NCBI GenBank assembly: GCA_038121585.1
Contig: JAYONY010000001.1
Location: forward strand, 335,661-394,261
DNA length: 58,601 bases
Origin: an archaeon
GTDB taxonomy: Archaea; Nanobdellota; Nanobdellia; Pacearchaeales; GW2011-AR1
Reading direction: 5' to 3'
In this document: piece by piece, positions 45,205 through 55,171 of the stretch
How the letters are laid out: every line of letters begins with the position of its first letter
How positions within the stretch are numbered: position 1 is the first letter of the stretch
Notes under the pieces: model-generated
What the model saw: the letters and a program-made list of their open reading frames with translations, nothing else
Database searches by the model: none
What the model was told of the DNA's origin: nothing
Made by a program: the position numbers and the translations under genes

Positions 45205-47076
45205 ATGTCTGAATCAAAAGTTGTGGACAGGGTGGTTGACGCTTTATTTGACCTCAAAAAAGAGCAAGTATTCCTCTTAGCAATTATTGCAGGGGGGTTG
45301 CTAATTAGAATTATTGCTGCGATTAATCTCGGTGTTAGTGCTGATGACATGCATCATGTTACACATGCAATTAATTTCTTTTCTGCTGATCGTCTAGTTA
45401 CCTATGATCAATCTTCAGGGTTATGGCATTCATTCACGAGTATTATATATGCTTTATTTGGTGCTTCTCAATTTACCTCTCGGTTTGCAGCTGTGCTTTT
45501 TGGAACTGCAACTATTCCCGTGCTCTATCTTCTTACCAAACGTTTTTTCACTAAAGAAATAGCGCTTATTGCAGCGTTTCTTCTTGCAGTAGCACCGTTT
45601 CACATAAAGAATAGTATTGCAGAGATGGACAATATGGCGATGTTTTTTGTGATGTTTAGTATGCTCTTATTTGTTGATGGTATCAAATCCTCTAAGAAGA
45701 TATATCCGCTTCTGAGCGGGCTCTGCATGGGTGCTGCTTTATACACAAAAGTATATCCTGTGCTGTTTATCCCTTCTTTTGCACTTTTCTTTTTCATTGT
45801 CAAAAGAAAGGAATCTGCAAACTTCTTTTCTAAAGAAAACATGCAGAAAATCCTTATTTTCTCTGTTGTAGCGGGGTTGTTTGCAATTCCAGTTCTTACA
45901 CATAATCTATTGCTCTATCAGGACAAAGGGTTTGTGGATCTTCAATTCACTAGAACTTTTGATATCGGAAGGGATATTTCAGAACAATACTATGGGTGGG
46001 ACCATCAGTTCACTGCAGAAAATGCTTGGGCTGGACTAGTTTTCGGTGATCGAGAGACCGGTGGGGGCGGACAACCTTTGCTTTGGTATACGTTCATGTT
46101 CATTAAAGTGGCAAGTCCTCTCCTTTTCTTTTTAGGAATTATTGGTGTTGCACTCGTGCTTTTCAAGAAAGTTTCGTATACTCCGTATCTAATCTTTTTT
46201 GGGTGTATGGTTGCAGTAATATGGCCGTTTCTTGCATCAATAATCTTGCTCCCCAAACACTTCGTATTCTTTGAACTATTGTTCATTCCACTTGCTGCTT
46301 GCACGCTTTCTGAAGCGTCTCGCTGGACTAAAAAGCGCGTTGATGCTTCGCTAGCACTCCCTCTTATTCTGGGAATTGTTGTTGTAGTTTCTCTTGGCAT
46401 GCTTGGAACTGCAAATCCAAATGCATTAACGCACGTGTATGGTAAGAGTCATGTCCCGCAAGTAATGAGTTATGTTGAGAGTGACATTCCTCAAGATGCT
46501 CTTATCGTGGCTGATAGCAGATTTTACCGTGGTAGGGTTCATTGGATGTTCTACGGGCGACCCTATCTTGAAGGGCTAGAATTTATTGAATTATTAAATC
46601 AACAAGAAGCTGCTCAAGGGGCTCTAGTCCCAACAGAAGTGTTCTTTGTAGAATGTATATCGCAGGATTGTGGCTGGGGGAGGAATCAAATTCAGGGCCC
46701 GCTTAACGACTCTATGCAGGCACTCACAGCTTCTTTTGCAGAGGGGGGAACACTCACAGCTAGTTTTACCGAACCGAATCGTAAGGAAACGTATATCCCA
46801 CTTTTTTCCGGAGATACAAGCGTAGAGGCAGTGAAGATTTACCGTGCTGAAATCCCTCTCAATCCTCAGGTTGTTCAAGTAGCTAAAAATCCTCGATCAT
46901 GGTTCCTCTATCCTATTGGGTATGAACCAGAAAGTGAACTATTTGATAGTTATACGCTTGATTCAATGTTTGAACAAGCACTTTTTAGACTAGCTCGCTT
47001 AATTGTTATCTTTTCATTACTTATTGCTTGTGTAGCCCCTCTATATTGTCTCTATTTGGTGATTATTGAACGATGA
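45205..47076 (+). CDS. GT-C (PMT/ArnT-like) glycosyltransferase
   Basis: LIRI..SADDMHH, SRFAAVLFG, LLAVAPFHI, AEMD, YTK; C-terminal domain with DCGWG. Confidence 0.8.
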   Translation: MSESKVVDRVVDALFDLKKEQVFLLAIIAGGLLIRIIAAINLGVSADDMHHVTHAINFFSADRLVTYDQSSGLWHSFTSIIYALFGASQFTSRFAAVLFGTATIPVLYLLTKRFFTKEIALIAAFLLAVAPFHIKNSIAEMDNMAMFFVMFSMLLFVDGIKSSKKIYPLLSGLCMGAALYTKVYPVLFIPSFALFFFIVKRKESANFFSKENMQKILIFSVVAGLFAIPVLTHNLLLYQDKGFVDLQFTRTFDIGRDISEQYYGWDHQFTAENAWAGLVFGDRETGGGGQPLLWYTFMFIKVASPLLFFLGIIGVALVLFKKVSYTPYLIFFGCMVAVIWPFLASIILLPKHFVFFELLFIPLAACTLSEASRWTKKRVDASLALPLILGIVVVVSLGMLGTANPNALTHVYGKSHVPQVMSYVESDIPQDALIVADSRFYRGRVHWMFYGRPYLEGLEFIELLNQQEAAQGALVPTEVFFVECISQDCGWGRNQIQGPLNDSMQALTASFAEGGTLTASFTEPNRKETYIPLFSGDTSVEAVKIYRAEIPLNPQVVQVAKNPRSWFLYPIGYEPESELFDSYTLDSMFEQALFRLARLIVIFSLLIACVAPLYCLYLVIIER

Positions 47077-47801
47077 AATTCTCAATTATTATTCCGGTGT
47101 ATAACGAAGAAAAAACGATTAAGGAAGTGCTTGCAGCGGTGAAAAAAGTTGCTTTGCCAGGTGATAAAGAAGTGATTATTATCGATGATGGTAGTCGCGA
47201 TGGTTCTAGAAATGTTATTGAAGAGTATATTCGTAAGAATAACTCTAAAAAAACATCTTTCACGCTTGTTACCAAAGAAAATGGGGGGAAAGGTTCTGCC
47301 ATTAGAAAAGGGTTCGAAAAAGCAACTGGTGATATTATTATGATTCAGGACGCAGACCTCGAATACAATCCTGAAGAATATATTTCTCTTGTTAAGCCAA
47401 TTATTGCTAAAGAAACTCGTGTAGTGTATGGCTCTCGATTTCTCAATGATCATAAACCATTATACAAATTATTTTATCTTGGAAATAAATTTTTATCCCT
47501 TACAACAAAAGTATTGTACAGGGCAAATATTACCGATATGGAAACTTGTTACAAAGTGTTCGATGCACGTGTGATTAAACAACTTCCTCTAAAAGCTAAT
47601 AAATTTGATATTGAACCTGAGATAACTGCTAAACTCCTCCGTTCTGGAATTACGATTAAAGAAATGCCTATCTCATATGCTCCGAGAACTGTTGAAGAAG
47701 GTAAAAAAATCGGATGGAAGGATGGTTTGCAAGCATTAGGAGTATTATTCCGTCTACGTTTTTTTCACATTCCCCACAAATACCACGCTAATCCAAAGTA
47801 G
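47073..47801 (+). CDS. GT2, polyprenol-phosphate glycosyltransferase-like
   Basis: IPVYNEE, DDGSRDG, GKGSA, QDADLEY, DMETCYK, EGKKIGWKDG. Confidence 0.9.
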   Translation: MKFSIIIPVYNEEKTIKEVLAAVKKVALPGDKEVIIIDDGSRDGSRNVIEEYIRKNNSKKTSFTLVTKENGGKGSAIRKGFEKATGDIIMIQDADLEYNPEEYISLVKPIIAKETRVVYGSRFLNDHKPLYKLFYLGNKFLSLTTKVLYRANITDMETCYKVFDARVIKQLPLKANKFDIEPEITAKLLRSGITIKEMPISYAPRTVEEGKKIGWKDGLQALGVLFRLRFFHIPHKYHANPK

Positions 47802-48974
47802 TAATGCTGAAGAAAATAAGAGCGCTATCGTAAACTGATAGAGTGTTTCAGAAAAGAGAACTAAGACAATTGGTTGTACGATTACTCCGATGAGCAGTAG
47901 GTGATAGTGTGAAACTGTGTTTTTAGATAGTTTATGCATAAGCACTAAATTGGTTAGCGCGATAATACTCATGCTAATTCCTACTAGCAATAATATATTT
48001 GATGCATTCGGTAGTGGTGAGCCAACAAAAAGTGTAACAATGAAGTGTGCTAAAAAGTAGAAGAGTAGCAACGCACTTCCTGCAACTAGCACAAGTAAAC
48101 CTAACGCACGAATCATTACTCCTTCTTTTTTCTGTTTGTGTTCTTTTTCCTCTACAGAGTACGGGAACATCGCACGGCTGATTGGTTGTGTTCCAAAAAA
48201 GATTGTTTTTGCGAGTATTGATGCAACTGCGTAAGCTCCTGCAGTTAACTCATCAAAAACTGCTTTCGCAATTATGACGTCCATACTGTAGAAAATGAGG
48301 ATGTAGAGGACCATAAAGAATGCAGGGTAGCTATAGGAGTAAATATCGGGTACGTTAGCATGTTTTTGAGAACTTGCTAAAATAGGGCGTAATGGGATGA
48401 ATGAGAGTATGAATGCAAGTGTAGCTCCAAAAATATGTGCTGCTATTGCCCCATACACTGACCATCCTGCAAAAACAAGCACTACTGCAAGCACTATTCT
48501 AATGCTTGACTCTACTACCATATTGCTTCCCAGCGCATAAAATTGCTTGTTACCCTGTAAAATCCCTCTCGTTACTGGTATTGCGAGGGATAAGAAAATC
48601 ATTATCCCATTTAACACAAGGAGTGAACTGGGAATTGAGAGTGCTGGGGCTGCTACAATAGCTAGTAGGGCATATCCTATAAAAAGTACGAGTGAATAGC
48701 GACTTGCTTTTTGTAATGAGCGAACAAGTAGGTCTTTTTGAATGTCTTTTGAAGGGTTTTTTGTACTGTATCTCGCTATTATCATCTGTATCGAATCAGT
48801 AAAGACAGTTATGACGTAAATGACTGCAAATAATGTTGCTAAAATCCCGTATGCTGCAATGTCCAGCAGTCGCACCATTGCAAAATGAAATGCAAAATTA
48901 AGAAAGTTGTAGGTGTTAAAAAAGAGTAGTAGGATAATACTTCCCTTTACAAATTGATTTTCCAATCGTTTCAT
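47754..48974 (-). CDS. Wzx/MOP-family flippase (paralog of 29709-30935)
   Basis: NFAFHFAMVR, MDVIIAK, AGAYAVASILAKT, AMFP. Confidence 0.85.
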   Translation of the reverse strand: MKRLENQFVKGSIILLLFFNTYNFLNFAFHFAMVRLLDIAAYGILATLFAVIYVITVFTDSIQMIIARYSTKNPSKDIQKDLLVRSLQKASRYSLVLFIGYALLAIVAAPALSIPSSLLVLNGIMIFLSLAIPVTRGILQGNKQFYALGSNMVVESSIRIVLAVVLVFAGWSVYGAIAAHIFGATLAFILSFIPLRPILASSQKHANVPDIYSYSYPAFFMVLYILIFYSMDVIIAKAVFDELTAGAYAVASILAKTIFFGTQPISRAMFPYSVEEKEHKQKKEGVMIRALGLLVLVAGSALLLFYFLAHFIVTLFVGSPLPNASNILLLVGISMSIIALTNLVLMHKLSKNTVSHYHLLLIGVIVQPIVLVLFSETLYQFTIALLFSSALLLWISVVFVGNVKKT

Positions 48975-48979
48975 TGCAG

Positions 48980-51751
48980 TTATGCGAAGAATAATTCTTC
49001 AGGATAGGTCAATTCAAGATATGCTTCGTTGACAGTTATGTCTTCAGGATAATCAATTTCCCAAATTCTAATTGGGCCTCTAAATCCTTGGAAGTATACG
49101 TAGTCTGGGATATCCGCCCCTTGGGCTTGCAGGCTTTTCACTACTGCGTCAGGTTCGCTGTGAACTAGTTTGAATGTGTCTCCTTCTTCACCGTACAAGT
49201 AAATTCTGGTTAGCTGAGCATTAACTGTTCGTGGGCTGAGGTAGAACATAGCGCCGAGCGGGTCAATCGCAAGTTGGCCTCCTTGCTGATTTAGGCTTGG
49301 CATGATGAAAATTCCTGCTTCCAGGCCCGTGCCAAAATCAATTCGCGAACCATTCAAATACGCATACCTAAGGGGTATTTCATACTGGTTTTGATTATAC
49401 ACAAAAATACCTACTGGTTGGAGTAGTAGGCCGTCATCCCCAACTTCAAGTCTAATCGCTCCAACACCGGCATTCATTGAAGGTAATAGCACTTGATTTC
49501 CGTTTTCAGTTATGTGAATTACATCCTCATCAAGTACTGCCCCTCCCCTATAGAGGAAGACTGTTCGATTCTTTGCCTCAAATGCTTGTGAAGGGTCTCG
49601 TTGGAATGTTGGAATCCAACTTCTCCGGTCATACGTAACATCAGAGCCAATTGAGGAAAACGCAGTGTATTTCCCTATATCTGTAGGGTCAATAAGGAAG
49701 TGTGTTGCTTCGTGCGAATATAAGAACTCAAGAGCATCTCGATTATTCGGTGAGGTAAGTGCATGCCTTCCCATTAAGTGGTTCCAATAGGATCGTGCGT
49801 TTCCACCATCAAGGATTGTTGTACGTTCACCGATTGATTGTACCCAGTATCCATAGTCCCACCAGTGGCCAAACACAGCGTCTTCTGCAACGTTTTCCCG
49901 TACCCAGCCCATCGCATACTGCCATTGCTGAGTGTAAGGTGATGGTGCGAATGCTTCTGCTTGAGAACTTACTCCGTTATAGAATGAGTGTGCTGAAAAG
50001 AGTGTTGCAATGATGACTAATCCAAAGACTGTTAGTGCTATAACTCTTGGCACTCCTTTTTTAGCTTTATGTGCTTGTAGGGCTGTTAAAACGACGAGAT
50101 ACCCAATAATCATTGATACAGGAATTGCAAGTACCATGATTGTTCGCACTGCTCCTCGTGCCGCTACAATTCCTAAGAAAAGGAATGAGAGGGTCATAAT
50201 AAGGCCGAAGTCTATTTTCTTAAAGTTCTGGATTTTTCCTTTCTTGTAATAGTTATAATAGTAGTATCCTGCTACTGCAAAGAATAATATAAATCCTGAG
50301 GCATAAAAGAGTACGCTGATAGTGTTCTCTCCTGTAAATGTTCCACTTGAGCTGAATCGACTAAATATGACTGCAAGTAATAGGTAGGTGTATGAGAGTG
50401 TGAGTGCTAGTCTTTCTTTTTGATTCACACTTTTACCAAGTAACTGATAGAAAAGATAGACTGATCCAATAAAGAATAGCCAGAAGGTAAGTGGGGGGTT
50501 AGCTCCATCTCCAATTTGTACTCGAGGTCCAAAGTTACCTGCCCATTCTGAAAAGTAAGGTTGTCTATTTTCAGCAACTGTTTGAATAAGTCGTGATGTT
50601 GCTGGTTTAACAAGAGAGTCATATAATTCTCCTGCTTGGGATGGGAAAAATGAGGGTCCAAATACAACACTTCCCACTACTATTCCTAAAAGAATGACTG
50701 CTATTGCGGAAGTTACTCGTGGGGGGATGTTTCTAAAACGGTAGAGTTTAAGCTTTTGTTTATAGTTTGTATTAAATGCTAGGTGATGAACAAGCATAGT
50801 TACAAAGACGAATGCTGCAGCTGCGGTCGTAACGTTACGGAAGAGACCGAGGAAGGAGTATCGTGTAGCAATCATAAGGAGGAATGTTGCCAGTAGCCAT
50901 GTTCCGTATGCTTGCAGCTCTTGCTTACCCGTGCTTCCTAGTAGGAATGCAAGGAATGCTGATGGCGCAATAATAATGAAGATAAAGATATACCCTCCCC
51001 AAATATTTGCCATGCCTGTGGTTGCGAGTGCTCCCAGTATTGCAAAGATGATACGTGGTTTTTGCTTTTTAGCAGTCCATGCTTCTAAGAAGAAGTAGAG
51101 TGCTAAGAACATGAAGAAGAAAGCAGAGGCTTCTTTTTCGGGAATACCAGCTATTGTTCGCGGAAGGAGCACGGGGAATACTGAAATAAAGAATGATCCA
51201 ATAAGTGCTATTACTGTAGCACTTTTTTGCCCTAGGGAGGCAAGGAATAGTTTACGGGTAAGTAAGTAGAATGCGATAACGGTAATGCCAAACATGAATG
51301 CTGGAAAGAGTACTGATGAATGAGTGACTGATTCTGAACCAAACATTGTTGCGACTTTGTGGAACCATGCCATAAGGTATGGGTGGAAAAGATATTCTTC
51401 TGTTGTAGGAAGGCCAAAAGGTGCATATCGCATCATATCAACTGCCATGAGCGATCCATTCTCAACAATATACTTTGTCCAGCGTAAGAAGAGAAATGGG
51501 TCAAGGTCAGGTCCGAGTGTCCAGGTTCCTGTTGTAACATCTTTGAGTCTAGGAAGATTAAGTGTTCGAATACGTACGGCTAACCAAACAATGATTGCTA
51601 GCACAACATAACTAACGTATGTATAATTTTTCTTGAGCCATGCAATTGCTTTCTCTTTACGAACGCGCATTAACTCTTCTTCAGATGCAGTGCCCTTCTT
51701 CTCAATTGTGTGGGCAGGAATATCCTTCTTTTTCTCTTCGGGGTAATCCAT
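48980..51751 (-). CDS. aglB: Oligosaccharyltransferase AglB (STT3)
   Basis: DLDPF, TVAE, WWDYG, LDGG, DIGK motifs; ~13 TM plus soluble C-terminal domain. Confidence 0.95.
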   Translation of the reverse strand: MDYPEEKKKDIPAHTIEKKGTASEEELMRVRKEKAIAWLKKNYTYVSYVVLAIIVWLAVRIRTLNLPRLKDVTTGTWTLGPDLDPFLFLRWTKYIVENGSLMAVDMMRYAPFGLPTTEEYLFHPYLMAWFHKVATMFGSESVTHSSVLFPAFMFGITVIAFYLLTRKLFLASLGQKSATVIALIGSFFISVFPVLLPRTIAGIPEKEASAFFFMFLALYFFLEAWTAKKQKPRIIFAILGALATTGMANIWGGYIFIFIIIAPSAFLAFLLGSTGKQELQAYGTWLLATFLLMIATRYSFLGLFRNVTTAAAAFVFVTMLVHHLAFNTNYKQKLKLYRFRNIPPRVTSAIAVILLGIVVGSVVFGPSFFPSQAGELYDSLVKPATSRLIQTVAENRQPYFSEWAGNFGPRVQIGDGANPPLTFWLFFIGSVYLFYQLLGKSVNQKERLALTLSYTYLLLAVIFSRFSSSGTFTGENTISVLFYASGFILFFAVAGYYYYNYYKKGKIQNFKKIDFGLIMTLSFLFLGIVAARGAVRTIMVLAIPVSMIIGYLVVLTALQAHKAKKGVPRVIALTVFGLVIIATLFSAHSFYNGVSSQAEAFAPSPYTQQWQYAMGWVRENVAEDAVFGHWWDYGYWVQSIGERTTILDGGNARSYWNHLMGRHALTSPNNRDALEFLYSHEATHFLIDPTDIGKYTAFSSIGSDVTYDRRSWIPTFQRDPSQAFEAKNRTVFLYRGGAVLDEDVIHITENGNQVLLPSMNAGVGAIRLEVGDDGLLLQPVGIFVYNQNQYEIPLRYAYLNGSRIDFGTGLEAGIFIMPSLNQQGGQLAIDPLGAMFYLSPRTVNAQLTRIYLYGEEGDTFKLVHSEPDAVVKSLQAQGADIPDYVYFQGFRGPIRIWEIDYPEDITVNEAYLELTYPEELFFA

Positions 51752-51811
51752 GGGGAACTCAGTGAGCCTCGGTATATAAATCTTTCACGTCGCTAGAACG
51801 TCGAAAAACGT

Positions 51812-52459
51812 TTATTTCTTATCAATTAGTTTTGTACGCATAATAATTTGTTTTCCAACTTTATGGTACAGGTATCTGCCTTCTTTAATTTGGAAACCTT
51901 CTTGTTTCAATATTGATCGTACTTCAGGTAGGGAATATTGGTAAATCTTATATCCTGTTGGGCGAAAGATCATCTTGTAAAATACACTTACAAATCGTCG
52001 AGCGAATGATTTATCTTCTGCATCAAAAATAAGATGGCCTCCTTTCTTAAGCACTCTTCGTGCTTCTCGAATTGCTTTACGTAAATCAGTTTCGTCTAAA
52101 TGATTCCAAACGCGCATAGTAACTACTGTATCAAATGTATTGTCTCCAAATGGTATGTCGAACATATCTCCATAGACGCATTTTGCTTTTGGATTTTTTG
52201 CATGTGCAATACTAAGCATGTCTTTTGAAGTATCAATTGCTGTTACTTTTCCTAAATGCTTAGTGAGAAATCCACTACTGCATCCAAGCTCAAGCACTTT
52301 TTCTTTATCTTTCTTATCAATAAGTGTCAAGAAGTGTTTTAGTTCAAGGGCTCTCTTTCTTCGTCGGTAGGCATTTCCTTCTCGTTGGCTATCGTAGGTT
52401 CCAGTTACTTTTTTATTACGGTAATATTCGGTAAACTTCTGAGAATCTTTACTTTTCAT
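51812..52459 (-). CDS. Class I SAM-dependent methyltransferase
   Basis: LELGCSSG, IDTSKDML, PFGDNTFD, RRVLKKGG. Confidence 0.9.
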   Translation of the reverse strand: MKSKDSQKFTEYYRNKKVTGTYDSQREGNAYRRRKRALELKHFLTLIDKKDKEKVLELGCSSGFLTKHLGKVTAIDTSKDMLSIAHAKNPKAKCVYGDMFDIPFGDNTFDTVVTMRVWNHLDETDLRKAIREARRVLKKGGHLIFDAEDKSFARRFVSVFYKMIFRPTGYKIYQYSLPEVRSILKQEGFQIKEGRYLYHKVGKQIIMRTKLIDKK

Positions 52460-52499
52460 ACAAGAGTGCTTTCGCGGTGATTTTTAAAGATTTCTATGA

Positions 52500-53360
52500 T
52501 TATGTGAAAAACAGAGGGGTAACAAATACTTCGAGTAATGCTGCAATAAAGAGGATTACAACTGCTATAATGATAAGATTAAGGGTGTCTTGGAGTATTT
52601 CCCAAAATCTATCTGTTCCTGCCTCATGGCGTATAACTGCGATTGATAAAATTCCTCCGGCGAGTGCTGCAACAAAGTAGGCTGCAATTTCAGGTATTCC
52701 GTGTAACATATATCGTGCAAGTGCGAGTGGTAAAAGTCCAAGGTCTGATTTTGTAAATATGCCTATTGCTGCAGCGATAACACTTGCATTCCATGCAAGT
52801 ACAAATATGGCTCCAGCTCCAAAAACGAGTGAGAATACAATAGTGAATATAAGGACGTAAATGTTATTTGCAAAAATAAGGAATAATCGTTCTCCATTAG
52901 ATGCAAATGCTGTTGTGGCTGAACCTTTGTCTGCTCCAAACTGTGTTACACAACTATCGAAGTTTGACGGGCGATTAATCAGACAATACGTTTCTATTTG
53001 TGCACTAAAACTCGTTGTTGTAGGGAGTAGGATGTACCAGAATGCAAAGCCTACTACAAACCCCATAAAAAGCCACATGAATGCCATTATTGCTTTTTCG
53101 TGTTCTTTAAGTAATCGAAACGCTCCTAAATGTTGTGTTGCCTTATCTTCTTCAAGTTTGATTACGTAGTACATGAATGGTAGTGAAAACATTACTGTGA
53201 ATGTGACAACAAGAATTCCAGAATAATTTGCGAGGACTGCGTCTTGTGCGAATATCCAATTAACTAATAGGACTGATAGACTTGCATAAAACACTCCTAC
53301 AAAAAAGAGTTCCCATGGTTTACGCTCCGCTTTCTGCGGGCTCATAAGCATTTCTAACAT
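52500..53360 (-). CDS. Stage II sporulation protein M (DUF95) family membrane protein
   Basis: IFANN, WNA, HGIPEIAAY, AALLEVFVTP. Confidence 0.85.
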   Translation of the reverse strand: MLEMLMSPQKAERKPWELFFVGVFYASLSVLLVNWIFAQDAVLANYSGILVVTFTVMFSLPFMYYVIKLEEDKATQHLGAFRLLKEHEKAIMAFMWLFMGFVVGFAFWYILLPTTTSFSAQIETYCLINRPSNFDSCVTQFGADKGSATTAFASNGERLFLIFANNIYVLIFTIVFSLVFGAGAIFVLAWNASVIAAAIGIFTKSDLGLLPLALARYMLHGIPEIAAYFVAALAGGILSIAVIRHEAGTDRFWEILQDTLNLIIIAVVILFIAALLEVFVTPLFFT

Positions 53361-53393
53361 TGTTACACCTCTCTAGATTGAACTGCATAGGGA

Positions 53394-53403
53394 TTTTTAT
53401 ATA
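53394..53403. promoter_or_regulatory. Probable bidirectional TATA element
   Basis: TTTTTATATA between divergent starts 53360 (-) and 53425 (+); it reads as a TATA box on both strands. Confidence 0.5.
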
Positions 53404-53424
53404 GTTTCCTACAGTGGTCATAGC

Positions 53425-54207
53425 ATGGGAAATGTTGAGGAGATAGTTAAGGATATTAAGTCGCTTAAAATTCAAGGGGCGACTAATGTTGCTAAAGCAG
53501 GTCTTCGTGCGTACCTTTTACGTCCTACTGAGTCGGTTAAGAGAAAAGTATGTGCTGCGCGGCCAACAGAACCATTGTTATATAATGCTTTAGAGCATGT
53601 AACAAGTATTGGTCCTCGTGAAGTACGAGCCCATTTATCTCGTGCTCAAACGAGTATTGCGCTCTACGCTCAAGACATACTCAAGAAAACGTGCGTGGTA
53701 TACACGCATTGCCATTCATCAACAGTCATCAAAGCAATTATACTAGCGCATACTACTAAAAAGCGTATTTCTGTAGTAAACACTGAGACCCGGCCATTTT
53801 TTCAGGGGCGCAAGACTGCTCGTGAACTTGCTAAAGCAGGTATTGCAGTAACCTCATTTGTAGACAGTGCGATGGAGCAAGCACTTAACCAGGCAGACTA
53901 TGTGCTGCTTGGTGCGGATGCGATTCTCAAAGATGGAGTCATTAACAAAGTGGGAAGTTATGCGATTGCTGAACTTGCGTTTCATCACAAAAAACCAGTG
54001 TATATTTTAGCTGATTCTTGGAAGTTTTTTAATAAAGAAGTCCCTATTGAGGAACGTGATTTCCATGAGGTGTGGGGTGCGGTCCCTCAAGGGGTAAAAG
54101 TAAGAAATCCTGCGTTTGAAAAAATACCTAAGAAATACATTTCAAAAATTATTACTGAAGAAGGTATTCTAGACTACAAGCAATTTATGCGGAAGTTCTC
54201 GCCTTAA
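53425..54207 (+). CDS. Ribose-1,5-bisphosphate isomerase / eIF-2B family
   Basis: KIQGA, RPTEP, THCHSS (catalytic Cys), ETRP..QG, GADAI, NKVGS, NPAFE. Confidence 0.85.
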   Translation: MGNVEEIVKDIKSLKIQGATNVAKAGLRAYLLRPTESVKRKVCAARPTEPLLYNALEHVTSIGPREVRAHLSRAQTSIALYAQDILKKTCVVYTHCHSSTVIKAIILAHTTKKRISVVNTETRPFFQGRKTARELAKAGIAVTSFVDSAMEQALNQADYVLLGADAILKDGVINKVGSYAIAELAFHHKKPVYILADSWKFFNKEVPIEERDFHEVWGAVPQGVKVRNPAFEKIPKKYISKIITEEGILDYKQFMRKFSP

Positions 54208-54589
54208 TTTCTTGCTCTTCAAGGGCTTGAATTTGGGATTGTAGTTCAGTATTAAGCTGTTCATATTGTGATACTACTTGCACTCGTAGCTCGCCGAGCC
54301 TACGCGTTTGTTCCGTAACTATTTCGAGCGCATTCTCAGGTTTTTTACGTACATAATAGCCTTTGCCTACATCAACAAAGAGCTCTTTATCTTTGATGTC
54401 TGTCCGGATAAACACTCCTTTGCCAAGCATTGCAAGCATCTCTTTTTCTTCACTTTCAGCTAATTCTTTGAGATGCGCATCAAATGCACGAAGCTCTTCG
54501 AGTTGCGTATCAATAATTTTTGCTTGTTCTTCAAGTTCTTGTGATTGTTGATGCATCATTTGTAGTTGCATCAAGAGTTCTTGATCCAT
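54185..54589 (-). CDS. pfdA: Prefoldin subunit alpha
   Basis: Coiled coils flanking LGKGVFI...VDVGKGYYV. Confidence 0.88.
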   Translation of the reverse strand: MDQELLMQLQMMHQQSQELEEQAKIIDTQLEELRAFDAHLKELAESEEKEMLAMLGKGVFIRTDIKDKELFVDVGKGYYVRKKPENALEIVTEQTRRLGELRVQVVSQYEQLNTELQSQIQALEEQEIKARTSA

Positions 54590-54620
54590 GATTAGAATGC
54601 ATAAAAAGCAGTATAAAAAG

Positions 54621-55133
54621 CTATGCTACCTTAAACCACTTCTTAAAGAGGGTTGTAAATACCATTGAGGCGATTAAGTAATACAATAGCCACCATCCTC
54701 CATAAATTGGGGAGAGTGTTTCTTGGAACCATCTAAAGAAGAGAATGATTGGAATGCCCGTATACGTAAATGCACGAAATGTTAAGTGCATCATCGGTCC
54801 CATGAGTTCAAATTGTTTTTTAGTGAGTTCTTGAATCTTTTCAGGGTGTTCTTTGAATTCTTTCATCTGTTTCTGAATTTCTTTTTGTTCAGAACGGAGT
54901 CGTTTCATCTCTTTTTGATCTGTGAGATACTTCTGTGCTAGCATTAAGATAAAAGAAATTATTGCCACAACCAGCAAGAAACCTATGAAGTTGTTTAGAG
55001 CTATTAGTGTTCCAAATGTGGGGTCAAGTACTGCATGCACTCCATTACGAATAGTATCAAGTTCTTCCCACTGGTAGCCAATATACATTGCGATAGCCAG
55101 AACGACAAATATTGCGATGGTGCTCTTTTTCAT
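54621..55133 (-). CDS. EMC3/TMCO1 (DUF106, Oxa1 superfamily) membrane protein
   Basis: TM-coiled coil-TM, PIILFFRW, WLLYY; position after secY. Confidence 0.87.
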   Translation of the reverse strand: MKKSTIAIFVVLAIAMYIGYQWEELDTIRNGVHAVLDPTFGTLIALNNFIGFLLVVAIISFILMLAQKYLTDQKEMKRLRSEQKEIQKQMKEFKEHPEKIQELTKKQFELMGPMMHLTFRAFTYTGIPIILFFRWFQETLSPIYGGWWLLYYLIASMVFTTLFKKWFKVA

Positions 55134-55171
55134 AATTGGAATAGTCTCTTTCTATTTGTAAATGTTTTGAT

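Noticed and set aside
52500-53360. Sporulation function for the SpoIIM-like gene
   Set aside because: DUF95 is a widespread membrane family in non-sporulating archaea
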